This document shows, piece by piece, positions 1 through 12,870 of a stretch of DNA of 53,577 nucleotides; the first letter of the stretch is position 1, and each line of letters opens with the position of its first letter. The notes under the pieces were generated by a model. That model had not been told where the DNA came from. It saw only the letters and a program-made list of their open reading frames with translations, and made no database searches. The translations under genes and the position numbers were made by a program. Source of the stretch: Vicugna vicugna (taxonomy: Eukaryota); the NCBI GenBank assembly GCA_013265495.1, contig MU058835.1:1-53577 (forward strand), given 5' to 3'.

Positions 1-360
1 TAAGTCAGACAAAGATAAATATAACTTATATGTGGAATCTAAAAAAAAAATAAAAAAGGATACAAATGACCTTATTTACAAAACAGAAATAGAATCACAG
101 ACATAGAAAATAATCTATGGTTTCCAGGAGGAAAGTGGTGGTGGGGAGGGATAAATCAGGAGTGTGGGATTACAGACACAAGGTAGGATATACAAGGGCC
201 TACTGAATAGCACAGGGAAGTATATACAGTAACTTATAATAACCTATAATGGAAAAGAATATGAGAAAGAACATATATGCATGTATAACTGAAGCAGTAT
301 GTTGTATACCAGGAACTTAAACAACACTGCAAATCAAATATATGTCCATGAAAAAATAAA
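1..360 (+). mobile_element. L1 LINE 3' end (3' UTR), cut by the window start
   Basis: Typical L1 3' motifs (tatatgtggaatctaaaa, cacagacatagaaaa, tagcacaggga, ataacctataatggaaaagaat) ending in an A-rich tail. Confidence 0.85.
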
Positions 361-469
361 GTGTATCAGAACTGATCTAATCTCATAAGATTTATGTTGC
401 CCCACTCTGCCTTCTGGAACTCACTTCGCACCCCTCCCCCATCCATGCAGCAGCTGCTCAATCTCCCCA

Positions 470-900
470 CCTGCTCAAACCAGAACCTGGGACTCTGTCT
501 GATCCCTCTTTCTTCTTCACCCCACATGCAGTCAGCTTCTCCCCTGTCCCTGGGTCCCAACTGCAAATGCATTCATCACCTCTCTGTATCCCCCTCACCT
601 TCCCTGTCTAATCCACCACTGCCATTGCCCCAGATTCATGCTCTTTGCTTTCCTTTCTTACTCCCTTCAATCCAAGAGAGGGATGTTTAAAATACAGACC
701 TGTTCCTGTCACTCTGCTAACACACAAGAAATGTCTCAGGGTCATTTTGGGGAAAAGCCCCAATCCTGAGCCAGATCTGAAGCCCCTCCTCCTGTCAGCA
801 GCCCACCTAGTTTTGTTCTCCTCAGTCCAGCCACACTGGCCTCTGTCTGTCTGTTCTTCCAAGGACCACCCCCTGCCCTGCCTTCAGTGAAAGCCCATTG
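470..900 (+). mobile_element. Degenerate L2 LINE fragment
   Basis: Pyrimidine-rich with L2-like motifs (aaaccagaacctggga, tctttcttcttcaccccacatgcagtca, ccagccacactggcct). Confidence 0.5.
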
Positions 901-1239
901 AGCTCTTTACCTGGTTGACTCCTCCCTCAGGTTTACCTCAAATGCTGGAGGTTGGTCTGCCCTGGGCCCACAGTTCCTCCCCCAAGGCTCTTTCCATAGT
1001 CCTGGGAGATGTCAGTGTGGCCTCGTGGGCCCCAGTACTCGCCTGGGAAGTGGCAGGAAGCTGGGGCTTTGGGAAACCTCAGGTCCCCAGTCCCATGTCT
1101 TGTCCTGCAGCTGTCTAGCAGGTAGCCCAGTGGGCTCTATAGCCCTTGGTGACTACAGGATAAAAGGCCCTGCACTGCTCGGGAGCCCTGTCCCCCTGCT
1201 GGTTTTCCACATGTAATTTAGAGAAGAAGAAAAAAAGCC

Positions 1240-2800
1240 AAAAGTGTAGTGACACAAACAGTATGGTACTGGCATAAAAACAGACATTTAGACCAATGGA
1301 ACAGAATACAGAGCCCAGAAATAAATCCACACATGTATGGTCAAGAAAATTACAACAAAGAAGCCTAAAATGCACAGTAGCAGAAAGGACAATCTCCACC
1401 ATTAATAGTGTGTGGAAAAATGGGCAGTTATATGCAATAGAATCACACTGGACTGCTATCTTAGAGCATCCACAGAAAGTCAAAATGGATTAAAGACTTG
1501 AATAGAAGACCTGAAACCATATAACACCAAGAAAGAATAGGCAGTGAGGTCCTTAACATCAGATTTGGTTTTGAATTGTTGGCTCTGACTACAGAAATTA
1601 GAAGAAATGAAAATAAAAATTAGCAACTGAGACTACAGCTAATTGAAAAGCTTCTTCACAGCAAAGGAAATCATGCACTAATTGAAAAGGTGAGGCATGA
1701 AATGAGAGAAAATAACTGCAATTCAGATCTGATTGGGGTAACATCCAAAATATATAAAAACTCACACAACACAATAGCACACAAACTCTCATTAAGAAAT
1801 GCATACATAAGATTTTGTATATATTTTCCTGTGCTATACAGTATAATCTTGTTTATCTATTATACAAGATCTATGGTAGCTCACAGAGAAAAAAATGAGA
1901 AAATGAATACATATATGTTCATGTATAACTGAAAAATTGTGCTCTACACTGGAATTTGACACATTGTAAAATGATTATAAATCAATAAAAAATGTTAAAA
2001 AAGAGAAAGAAATGGGTATAAATTCTGAATAGATATTTTTCCAAAGGTGAAATACAGATGACCCACAGCACATGAAAAGATGCTCAACGTCATTAATCAC
2101 TTGAGAAATGCACATCAAAACCCAATGAGATGTCATCTCACACTTGCCAGAATAGCCAACATCAAAAAGTTCACAAATAACATATGTTCGTGAGGAAGTG
2201 GAGAAAAGGGAGCCCTTGTACACCATTGGTGGGAATGTAAATTGTTACAGACATTTTGAAAAACATTTGGAAATTCTTCAAAACCTATATATAAAACTCA
2301 TATGATCCAGAAATTCCACACCTGGATATATATTTGAAGAAAAGAAAAACTCCAATTCAAAAAGATAGTTGCATCCTAATATATATATATATAACAGAAT
2401 TATTTACAATAGCCAAAAATGGAAGCAATCTAAGTGTCCAACAATAGATGAAAAAATAAATATGTACATAATTTATTTCATTTATATTTATACATATATA
2501 GAATGGGCTACTACTCAGTCATAAAAAAGAATGACATTTTCCCATTTGAAATGACATGGAATGATCTAGAGGATAGTGTGCTTAGAGGACTAGGTCAGGC
2601 AGAGAAGATAAATACTGGATGTTATCACTTATATGTGGCATTTGGAATATAAAACAAGTGAATGTATATGATGAAACCCAAACAATCTCACAGATATAGA
2701 GAACAAACTAGTTGTTACTTGTGGTGAGAGGGAAGCGGGGAGGGCCAAGAAGGGATAAAGGATTAAGAGACACAAACTACTACATATAAAATAAATAAGC
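1240..2800 (+). mobile_element. 5'-truncated L1 (ORF2 C-terminal part plus 3' UTR), interrupted by a younger L1 at 1802-2006
   Basis: acagtatggtactggcataaaaacagaca...gaccaatggaacagaata (WYWHKNR..DQWNR ORF2 motif), catgaaaagatgctcaacgtcattaatc, 3' UTR motifs; many stops and frameshifts. Confidence 0.9.
1802..2006. mobile_element. Short young L1 3' end with 5' inversion (twin priming)
   Basis: ~1808-1862 matches the antisense L1 at 40.8 kb; ~1862-2006 is the sense 3' tip; flanked by AAGAAATG at 1794-1801 and 2007-2014. Confidence 0.8.
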
Positions 2801-3055
2801 TCTGCGTATATAGGAATGTTTACTTGTGTGTTTTAAACTTAAACAAGCCCCAGTATCATCCTGAGGGTGCTGGCAGATGCTGGGGTGGGGAGAAGTTACC
2901 TTTGTAAGATAGTTGCCAAGCTTTCCAACAACTCAAAGGCATCAGCTCCTCAGGCCACCCCGAGGTGGATGTGTGACCAACTTTTCCATTTCTTTTAAGA
3001 AAATGGTCTGTTTGAAGTTTCTGTCCTTCCGAGACTCAATTTTGGATACGAGATG

Positions 3056-3182
3056 TTTTTTATGAAGGGAGTTAATTAGGTTTTTTCATTTACTTTTATT
3101 TTTAGAGGAGATACTGGGGATTGAACCCAGGACCTTGTGCATGATACGTATGTGCTCTATCACTTGAGCCATACCCTCCTCT
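3056..3182 (-). mobile_element. tRNA-derived SINE, camelid vic-1-like
   Basis: Reverse complement reads GAGGGTATGGCTCAAGTGATAGAG (A box)...GGTCCTGGGTTCAATCCCCAGT (B box), then an AT-rich tail containing CCTAATTA. Confidence 0.88.
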
Positions 3183-3487
3183 TGGGACTCAATTTTGTAA
3201 CTTTTGTTTTCTAGAAAATTATTCACATAGCCTAACATGGCCAGTATATAGGTATGCAGTTGTTCATTACCTTTTTATAATACATTTTGTAAAGTATTCC
3301 TTGTCTTATTCATAATTAACTTATTTTTTATTGGCTTGACAGGTTCACCTATTTCCAAATAGAAAACAATACTTTCCTTTTGCCAAAAACAACATTTATT
3401 TGCATCCATCAAGCAGAGTGGTTGGTTTCCAATTGGTTATTTTAGGTTTTCCATATTAATTTCTCCTCCTTTTCCACTGAAAAATAC

Positions 3488-3897
3488 TGTATGGTATCAC
3501 TCATATTTGGAACAAAAATAAAAAAAGAAGACGACAAATGAACTTATATATAAAACAGAAACAGACTCACAGACATAGAATACAGACTTGTAGTTGCCAG
3601 GGGGAGGAGGGTGGGAAGGGCTAAACTGGGAGATGAAGATTTTCAGATATTGATGGGTATATATATAAAATAGATAAATAAGTTGATACTGTATAGCACA
3701 GGGAAATATATTCAATATCTTGTAATAACTCATAGTTAAAAAGAATATGAAAATGAATATATGTATATTCATGTATGACTAAAGAATTGTGCTGTACACT
3801 AGAAATTGACACAACATTGTAAACTGACTATAACTCAATAAACAAAAATGAAGACAACATAAAATAAAATAAAATAAAATAAAAATAGCAAAAAAAA
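3488..3897 (+). mobile_element. L1 3' end with (TAAAA)n tail
   Basis: acagactcacagacatagaa, tgtatagcacagggaaatatattcaatatcttgtaataac, cattgtaaactgactata, then a patterned A tail. Confidence 0.9.
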
Positions 3898-4804
3898 TTT
3901 TTCTTTTAGGAAAAGATCTTACCAAACAGAGTCCCATGAATTATATCATGAGATCCATTTCTCAGGTAATTGATAAATGATATCAAAATTGAAAAATTCT
4001 CATAAGGGAAAGAAAGGTGGAAGAATGAATGAGATGGCCCAATGGTATGTTTTTGGAGAGAGCCAGCCCAGAATCAGGGCATGCAGTCCTGCTCGGAACT
4101 GAGCAATTTTGAATTTTGAATTTCAGATTCTTGGCTCTAAATGCCTCACATTAGAGATCCTCAGATTCAAACCTCACCTAGAACAGTCTTTTTTTTTTTT
4201 ATCATTGCTGAATCCTTCAATGTTGGTGCTTAAATATCATTTGCTGAACAAATCCTCACAGGTACAGCAACATCACATGTTTTAGTGAAGCTAAACTTGA
4301 ATAAAGAGATCTCTATATCAGGATAGACTGCTCTGCTATCAAAGGGGACAAATGCTGAATTTCTCTCCTTGTCAAAGTTGTTATCTATTTTTTAAATGCT
4401 AGTTTGTTTCCCCTTGTTTTTGATAAAGCTGAATTGATTGCAAGTTAAAATAAGAACTTCCTTTCCTAGGGCTATGTTCATTCTTCCAAACTGAGCTGGC
4501 AAACACTGTTGTTAGTTTTAGTAACATTTCAAAGAACTTCTTCCCCATATATTGCTTCTAGAGAATAATCTTAAGCCTGGGTAACCAGTATGAAAGATGT
4601 GGAAAGAATCAGGTATAATGAGAATGTCTGAAAGAAACTGTTCTCTTGAGCAAACTAGCCTATTTCCATTAATGTCATTATTTTTATTAACATTATTTTT
4701 TGACTTATAAAATACATTTGAACAATAGCAATCTCCTCTCCCTGGGGCGTTAGAAATAATATCCCCCATGTATGGAGAATTTATTACATTCTGGTCATTT
4801 GGCA

Positions 4805-4955
4805 CATACTAATATGATCCTCACAATAAACCTATGAGAAAGGTCATAGGATCAGAGAAATTTGATGATTTCATCACAAGTACTAGGGTCTGGAGCAGGG
4901 ATTTGAACACAGGGCAGAAGGAGGCTAAAGCCCATTTTCCCACCTTACTGTACTG
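4805..4955 (-). mobile_element. MIR SINE remnant
   Basis: atcctcacaataaacctatgag...ggatttgaac resembles the antisense MIR consensus. Confidence 0.5.
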
Positions 4956-5860
4956 CTTCACTAAGTCACCAGGAAGCTGCTATGTATTCAATATGAAGTT
5001 GAACTCAGTTAAAAAGAACCGCATGGGCCAAAGACTTATCTCTCACAGGGGAGATTGCTCGGTGCCTCTAAGAAAATTTCAGCTTAACACCCTGAGATTA
5101 GTTAGCCTTGCATCTCTGATCCATGGAGGTCTGTTTAATTCAAGCCACATGTGGGCATTTCCACTCCAAGTACAACATCAGTTCTAAACCTGGTGGCATG
5201 TCACAGAGGCACAAGTCAAAACCCAGGAAGGAACCTGAGGTGTGTTACTGTTCCCAAGCAGAAACATCCTTGGAAGCTTATCTGAACAGAAGGCCTATCT
5301 GAAAATCTGGAGGTTTGCCCAGCTTTGGTTTCCTGTCTAACTGAAGCAGAGAGAACCAGACATGGAGCCAAGGGGTTTGTGCTTGTGGGGTCAGCAACCT
5401 AAATTTGAAGATTTGGACCAGCTAGGCTGCATGCAGCCTGCAGCCAGGGCACTGCCAGCAACACCACCCCAGGGGCCCAGCAGCACAATGAGAAACCGGA
5501 GGAAGAAGATAAACATTACAAGCATAATGATGCCACAGGGCAAACCGACTTCCCACCTGGCAGAGAAGGGGAGACAGATCCCCCAGGGTTATTTTTATAG
5601 ATTATTCTGCTATCCTTGGCATCCAGGAAGGATCTTTTGCTATCTGCAATACTGCCGGTAGCTAATGTGTACTGAGTACTTGCCATGCTCATGATACTAT
5701 ACTTAGCACCTTACATATATTATTTCAGTGGTGAGTAATTATAATGAGAGTGGCTGAAAAGGCAAGTGTACAGCTTTAAGGGTTTCTACAGAAAATGTCA
5801 TTTTGGCATAGTCTTTACTAAAAAGAGCCACCTCTATTTCTTAGCGCTACACCACCTCAC

Positions 5861-5939
5861 CTGTCATTACTGTTTTCTATACCCAGCACAAGGTTGCCTT
5901 GAATCAAAATGCTTTGTTGTTGCTGTGCCACAGCCAGGA
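5861..5939 (-). other. Candidate internal exon (79 nt)
   Basis: Minus strand gttatttttacag|TCCTGG...GACAG|gtgagg; one open frame (LAVAQQQQSILIQGNLVLGIENSND); no homology recognised. Confidence 0.3.
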
Positions 5940-8132
5940 CTGTAAAAATAACACCATCACCTGCTTTGGGAAGCAGAACCTTGGACGCATCCACAGCCCT
6001 CCAGCAGTTATTTCCAGCCATCTCCCTGTGATGCTTCCTGCTCTGGTTAAACTTAACCCCAGTCAAACCATATCTCTTCCCTGTTGAAACACTCCCCGCC
6101 CCCTCACCTTTGCTTAGAGAAGATAGGGCAACATCTGTGGGAGAAAGAGAAAACTTTCTTCAAGTGTTGTTTTCTTAGGAGGGAGGAAGCTTTCCTAGGT
6201 ATTCCACAGCAGACTTGCTGTCTCATTGGCCAGAAGATTCTGGTCAAATACCCATTTTATGAAGGTCTATTCCATCATTACCTAGAATGGAGGGTGTGGT
6301 GCAGGTGTGGTTTAAAAAATGGGAGAGACTATAGGATGATTCTACTGTTGGTTGGTTGGTTGGTTTGAATTAATTTTTAACCTGCCTAATTTTAAAAAAT
6401 GATGTAAGGGAGCAGGGGCACTGGGTGTAATGTACTATGCTTACTGTCACTGTTCCTGTAATCCCCACAGCACACAGGAGAGAGAGGGATGCAGCGATTC
6501 TGACCTCAACCATCTGTGCTTCAACTCAAAGACTGACATATTTCCCGACTTTCCCAAGGCTCTGGCAAGGAAAACTCAGATCCCCAAATCCAGGTCATTC
6601 TGATGCAGCAGTAACCAGCTGGGTTTTCAGTAACCGGGATGGAGACATCTGTTTTCCCAGCCCACATAAAAATATGCACAAGGGTGCAAATCAGCAAATC
6701 TACAGCTTCCAGGTGACCAAGCTGGGATGTGCTCTCCCTTTGGGGACCATGAAGGGTAAATCTGGCCCTGGAAGACAGAAGGCCAGCAGCAAGGCTAAGG
6801 GGCTAAGCAAATCCAGACTCTGTCATCCCTTTTCTGCATTTGCCTAGAATAGAGTCCATCTGGCTTCCTGGCTATGCGGCCATTGTGCCTGTGCAAGGGG
6901 CACCATGGAGCATGCTGAGTGCCTGGAAAATTACCAGCAGCCTCTTGCAGTTCTCACCAGGCCACCAGGAACTGGCCACATGGGAACTGCCTTCTCTGAC
7001 ACTCCTGGTTCCTCAGATTATCTGATCAACCCCTACATTCTCATAGAATGAGAATTGTGAGCCCAGTTGGTAAGGAACAGAGGGGGCTTTTGTGTCCTGG
7101 TCTTAGAGAAGAGAGCCCCTTAGCTTTTCTCACATATCCACCTTCTGTGGCTGCAGCTTCTCCTTCCCTACCACACCACATCACAGAAGAAATTTAGAGA
7201 CATCTTGGCTCTCCAGTGAAGACAGAGGACAATGGATTCCACATGAAAAATGGAATAAAATTGGGGTGCTGTTAGTCAGCCACCTAGGTGCAGGTGGCTT
7301 TTGGCAACCCAGGATGGGGTGGTGATTTAGAAGGGTATTTCTCAAAGTCATTACAGTTAATTAGCACTGAGTTACAAACTCATCAGCAGGTGAAGAGCCA
7401 GCTCCAGATCCCCAGGGAATTTCAGATGATTTAATATGCAAAGTGGCATGCATGTAAGGCAGCTGATTCTCTATAAAGAAATGATTTCATTATTTCTTTA
7501 TTTCTCACTCCTGGATCCCATCCCTTTTATATACATACCACATCTCAGAAGACATCCGTCCAACAGGGCTTTGGGTCGAGGAAATTACTGTGTTCCTTGT
7601 TTTTAATTTAGCAACACACTTTCACAATGGGACCAGTGTATTTTTCAGTATTCTGATTCATCTCAGTAAGATGCTTTTTGACCTGGTCGTCTTCTAGACT
7701 CTGTGGTATTTATGATTGAACCAAAATTCTGCAGAGATACTGATGCAGTCTTAACATTGATAGCATGCATGACATCAATACCATTTACATATAGAACACC
7801 CTTGTGTATCTGGGAGCCAGAACAGTAGCTTAATTGACATCATACACAGAAACAAGAGATCTGTTCATTAGAGCTGGTGCTGAACAAAAAAGAAATGTAC
7901 TGGACTTTGAATGTTGCTTCCTCTTCCAGTTGTTTTGTTCTTTGATTTTTGTGCTAAGATCTCTATCATTACTCCTGAGAAGCAGGAATCATCTCAGAAA
8001 GTATCTTGCTCTTTGGCAGAAACCCCTGCTGGCTCATCCTGCCCCACAAACCCTGCTAGTCCAGCGTAGAGAAAGAGAGCTGTATGTCTGCTCAAAACCA
8101 CTCTCCCACAATTAATGGGTGCCTGGATTCAC

Positions 8133-8190
8133 CTTTCTTTGCTGCTTGTGAGTTTCCATTTTCTCTAAGCCTTCTCTCCTTCACATAGCA
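8133..8190 (-). other. Candidate internal exon (58 nt)
   Basis: Minus strand ttttttcattaacctctgctcctcag|TGCTAT...GAAAG|gtgaat; branch-point-like attaac. Confidence 0.3.
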
Positions 8191-8547
8191 CTGAGGAGCA
8201 GAGGTTAATGAAAAAATGAAGAGTTTGACTTTATAAATGAAGTAGAAAATACATTCTCTAAAAAAGCAAAAACTAAGTGAGCTAATATCTGTGGAGGATA
8301 AGGAAAATATTTTTCTGAACTAAATAAGAGTAGTGATTTAATTACAGTGTTGCTACTTGAAGATATTTTATTGTGTTCATTATTGCTGTTTCCTTTTTAT
8401 TTTTTTTTCAGTGTGACTGAGGAGTCTATTGTATCAAGACTAAGTTTCCAGTATTTAAAATTGTACACAAATATTGCAGAAAATAATTGACTTGCTCCCA
8501 GCACATCCACTTGTCAGACAAGACCTGGGTGGAATAATACTTCATAT

Positions 8548-8771
8548 CAGTGGATTGGCAAACTTTTTCCATAGAGAGCCAGAGAGTAAATATCATATGT
8601 TTTGTGGTCCATGTTGCTTCTGTTGAAACTGTCCAACTCTTTCCTTATTAATACAGAAGCAGGCATACCCAATACGTAAATGAATATGGGACCTTGTTCC
8701 AATAAAATTTTATTTATAAAAACAAGCCACAGATCAGATTTGGCTCTTAGGTCATAGTTTGCCAACCTCTG
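8548..8771. mobile_element. MER58A-like hAT-Charlie non-autonomous DNA transposon
   Basis: TIRs cagtggattggcaaact / agtttgccaacctctg; internal ttccaataaaattttatttataaaaaca; degenerate 8-bp TSD cttcatat / cttcctag. Confidence 0.9.
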
Positions 8772-9034
8772 CTTCCTAGCAAAGCTCTAATACATTTTCT
8801 TCTTTGGCTAAACTATGAATGGGAGCTTGTAAAACCAAAGCCATTCTGAGGGGATGACACAGCCCCATATAAGGTGGTAGCCAATACACAATAACTGGGT
8901 TTCTTTCTTCTACTTTCTAACAATAATAATAACTGACAACTTAACAGCTATTTTCAGCTTAGAAAGTGCACACTATCTGCTTGAACTGCAAATTCTGTGA
9001 GCTAATATCATCTTAATGCAGATTATTTATTATC

Positions 9035-9910
9035 TTGGGCTTCCAGTTTCTGGGAATAGTGGGGTAGATTATCTAGATCAAATATCCTACTGAAAATGCT
9101 GAATATAATACAAAAAAAAATCTGCCTAAAAGCATCTGAGAGGAAACAAGATAGGAAGAAACTACCAGAACTAAATGGAGAGAAAATATTAAGCAAGCAC
9201 AGAAGCAAATTTTACCCTGACATCATTTGCTGATTCTGGCAAAAGTGAACTTTGCTTTTGGTAATTCATGGGGTGATCAAGGCAGAAATCAAAGCCTAGG
9301 GCCTGTACAAGCTAGAAAATCTTTAAGAAATTCACCATTACTATATACTTGAAACTCAAAGGGAATAACTCCTGGGGTAAAAGAGAGCCAGAAGTGAAGC
9401 AGCTCACCTGCAAATAGGTAGGTTTCACATCCCCAGGTAGATCAAAGACCCTCTAGCCTTGAACTTGGTTGAAGGTGATAGTTCCTCCAGACATCTTTCA
9501 GAAGCAAAGATATATCATCTCTGGAAGAAGGCACTTATAATTTATCCTGGGTCTCAGATTACTCATATATATGTTTTCCCAAGCATGAGGACCTAGCACA
9601 CCATCAAGAAAATAAGCTACATAATTAAACACAGCACCAGGATGTCAACAAAAACAGATTTGCAAATACTTTAGCTGTTAGAAGTATCAGAGACAGGTTA
9701 GAGAGCAAGAGTGTTTACTATTCTTAAAGGAAAAGAAATAACAGGATTCATAGCAGAAAACCACAAAAATGGCAGTGTAAATTTTTCTTTAAAGAAGCAA
9801 TAGAAAGTCTAAAAAGGGAAAATGAAATAGCCAAAAATTAAAAACTTAATAGAAATTTTTAACAGCAGATTAGACATATGAAAAGAGAGAATTAGATATT
9901 TGGAGAAGAG
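9035..9910 (+). mobile_element. Ancient L1M 5' region / ORF1 fragment
   Basis: aacagcagattagacata...gagagaattag ORF1 coiled-coil motif; purine-rich. Confidence 0.65.
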
Positions 9911-11828
9911 GTGCCCAATATCCCACAAGTAGCAAGGGCCACAAAATGATGTTAATTTCTTTGGATTTCAACATCCCATTAATTTTTCAACAAATGGCCA
10001 ACTTTGTGGTAATATGTGTTTATATTGCTAGAGGAGAGAGGAAAACTTACCATCTTTTCCTGCCCACCTTAAAGTAATGATTTTCAATCCAGTTTTGGAG
10101 CTTCATTCTGCCTCCTTACAACAAACTCCCCATCAGGCCACCAAGACACTGATCCTTCTGTCCTATCTAGGAATTTTGGTCGTGTGATCAAATTAACTTG
10201 ATCTGCAACAATGAAATTCAAGTTCTCACACTTTAGTTTCAGTTTGTTCTAGATAATGAAATGAAAAAAGAACACCCTGCTACTCATCAAATGGCCCTTG
10301 TGTTTAATAACCAAACATAAAGTTGGGATTTGAGGGGGGCAAACAATGAAAGAGTATTGATAAAAAATATTTCTTCATGTAGAAGCATTTAAAAGTCCAC
10401 ACATGAGACTGTTAGTTGCACTGGTAGTCCCGCCTCTCAGAGAGAGGGCCATGTAATCCTTTTCTCCCTCAGCCCTGGACACTGCCCTTAGCCTGATATT
10501 CCCAAGGTCCCCTGGCCCCTTTTGTAACTAATTTCACTCAGACTGAACTCTGCCCAGAAGCCTTCAGAGAGATCACAAAGACTTGACCAATTCAATATGA
10601 TTGAGGTTTTTTGGCTTAATAATAAATGATAGTCTAAATGACACACGCCCTAATTTTGTGTTATAGTTTTCACGAACAGTAATTTTCTGTTTGTTTTAAG
10701 CCCTGCAAAACTATCAATAGCATTGTATTTACCACCCACTCTTTCTCTTGTTTATTCCTTTTTGGATTTCTGGGATAACTTTCCTCCAGTCCAAAGAATT
10801 CCCTTTAGCATTTATCTTAGTGTGGGTCTCCTGGTGATGAATTTTTCTGTTTTTGTTTGTCTAGAAAACTGTTTATTTCACTTTCACATTTGAAAAATAT
10901 TGTCACTAGCTGATCAATTCTGGGTTGACATTTTTGGCTTTTTTCTCTTGCATTTTGGAGATATCATTGTATTGTCTTCTGGTTTTCAGTTCTCTTTTGA
11001 GAAAACAGTTATCAGTCTGATTGATGCTCCTTTAAAAGTGTCAGTTTTCTCTGGATGCTCTTAAGATTTTGGCTTGCAGAAATTTTACAATCATGAGTCT
11101 AATTGTGGCTTCTTTTGTTCTTATCCAGCTTGGAGTTTGTAGCACTTTTTTGATACCTTTCATCAGTTTTGGGGGAAAAAACATCTCAGCTATTATTTTT
11201 TCAAATACTGCTTCTGCGCTATGATCTCCATTTCTTCTCTGATTTCAACATTGGATCTTTTCCCCATGTTGCATGTATCTCTTACGTGACTTTTCTGCAT
11301 TCTTCAACCTTCTGCTCCCTGTCCTTCAATTTGAATATTTTAACTGACTTAACCAGTTAACAAATCCTCTTTTTGTTATGTCCAATATGTGATTAAACCT
11401 ATTTAGAACCTTATTTCACTTGGTACATTCTTCAGGTGTAGAAATTCCTTTTGATGCTTTTATAGAATTTCTCTGGTGTAATTCCCTTCTTGACATCTAT
11501 TTTTCTTGAATATATTAATCAGGATTTTAAAAAATCCATGTCTCTTAATCCTAGCATCTAGCTTAACTATGGATCTGTTTCTATTGCCAGTTTTTGTTTA
11601 GAATGCTGTTTCCTGGAATGACTTGTAATATTTTACTGAATGTACAACATTGTTAATGGAAAATTGTAGATGTTCAGGATGATGCTATCGTTCTTCAAAG
11701 GAAATATATCCCATCCTCTGACAAACAGCTATAGTAAACAAGAGACTGGGCTGATTGAAACAACTTGTAATCTCTGTAAGACTTTTAATACCTCTAGCAT
11801 GTCAACTGAGAGCTTAGGATACTTACTA

Positions 11829-12870
11829 GTGAAACTGAGGTCAGTCATTGGTTAGATCCATTAAACTATAGCTTGCTTAATAAACAGTAAACTGTAACCT
11901 GCCTTTAATGATTAAGCTCACTTTGTCTTTACAGAAACTCACATATCCTTCAAGCATCACACAGTCTAAACAATGTTTGCCCAAGTTGTTTTTCAGGAAC
12001 TTGGAGTCAGCTGTTTTCAAGTTTGAGCCCCAGCTAGTTGGAACCACTGATCCACAACTGGGTTATGCACCGTGTCCAATCCATGACCTATTGGCATCAA
12101 AGGGTCAAAAGCTCCACCCTCAGAACAAGCTAACACCAACATTTCCTGCACCTGCATCCCATGAAAAAGCATGTACCTTAGTTGCTCCTGTACAGAACAA
12201 TAATGACATCACCTTTTTCTCACCTCCAGTCACCTTTCCCCACCATGCCTCAGACCACCCTGTTTCTTTATCCCATAAATATCCCAAAGCCCTCACCTTT
12301 GGGGAAACAGATTTGAAATTTGTTCTCCCATCTCACCTCATCACTTGGCTGCCTCCTGAATAAACCTATTTTTTTTAATATATAGTTTGTTGAAGTATAG
12401 TCAGTTTACAATATGTCAAGTTTCTGGTGTACAGCATAATGCTTCAGTCATACATGAACATACATATATTCATTTTTATATTGTTTTCCACCATAGGTTA
12501 CTACAAGCTATTGAATATAGTTCCCTGTGCTATATAGTATAAACTATATATAAAATTTATATATATATATATTACTATCTGCAAATCTCAAACTCCCAAT
12601 TTATCCCTTTCTCCCTTCCCACCCCTTCCCCCACTGGTAACCATAAGTTTGTTTTCTCTGTCTGTAAATCTGTTTCTGTTTTATAAATAAATCCATTTCT
12701 TTTCTTTTTTAAAGCTTCCACATATATGTGATATCATATGATATCTTCTCTTTCTGGCTTGTTTCACTTAGAATGACAATCTTCAGGTCTATCTATGTTG
12801 CTTCTCTGCAGCAAACCTCAGTGTCTCAGCATTTGGCTTCCTGCAAATCAGGGAAATGAGCCTAGTTCTG
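11829..12870 (+). mobile_element. ERV1-type solo LTR, interrupted just after its polyA signal
   Basis: Starts TG; TATA-like cccataaatatccc, ggggaaacagatttga, gaataaacct, and resumes after the L1 as tctctgcagcaaacctcagtgtctcagcatttggctt. Confidence 0.75.
12368..12801 (-). mobile_element. L1 3' end inserted in the LTR
   Basis: T tail, ttgaagtatagtcagtttacaa, gttccctgtgctata, ggtaaccataagtttgttttct, ttcacttagaatgacaatc. Confidence 0.9.

Noticed and set aside
3100..3182. tRNA gene
   Set aside because: The A and B boxes belong to a SINE with an AT-rich tail; no intact cloverleaf.
7539..7728. Minus-strand exon-like segment (ctctgcag / gtatgt)
   Set aside because: Stops in all three frames, weak polypyrimidine tract, and it overlaps a competing plus-strand candidate.
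11908..12363. 151-aa ORF
   Set aside because: Lies entirely within a solo LTR; no gag, pol or env features.
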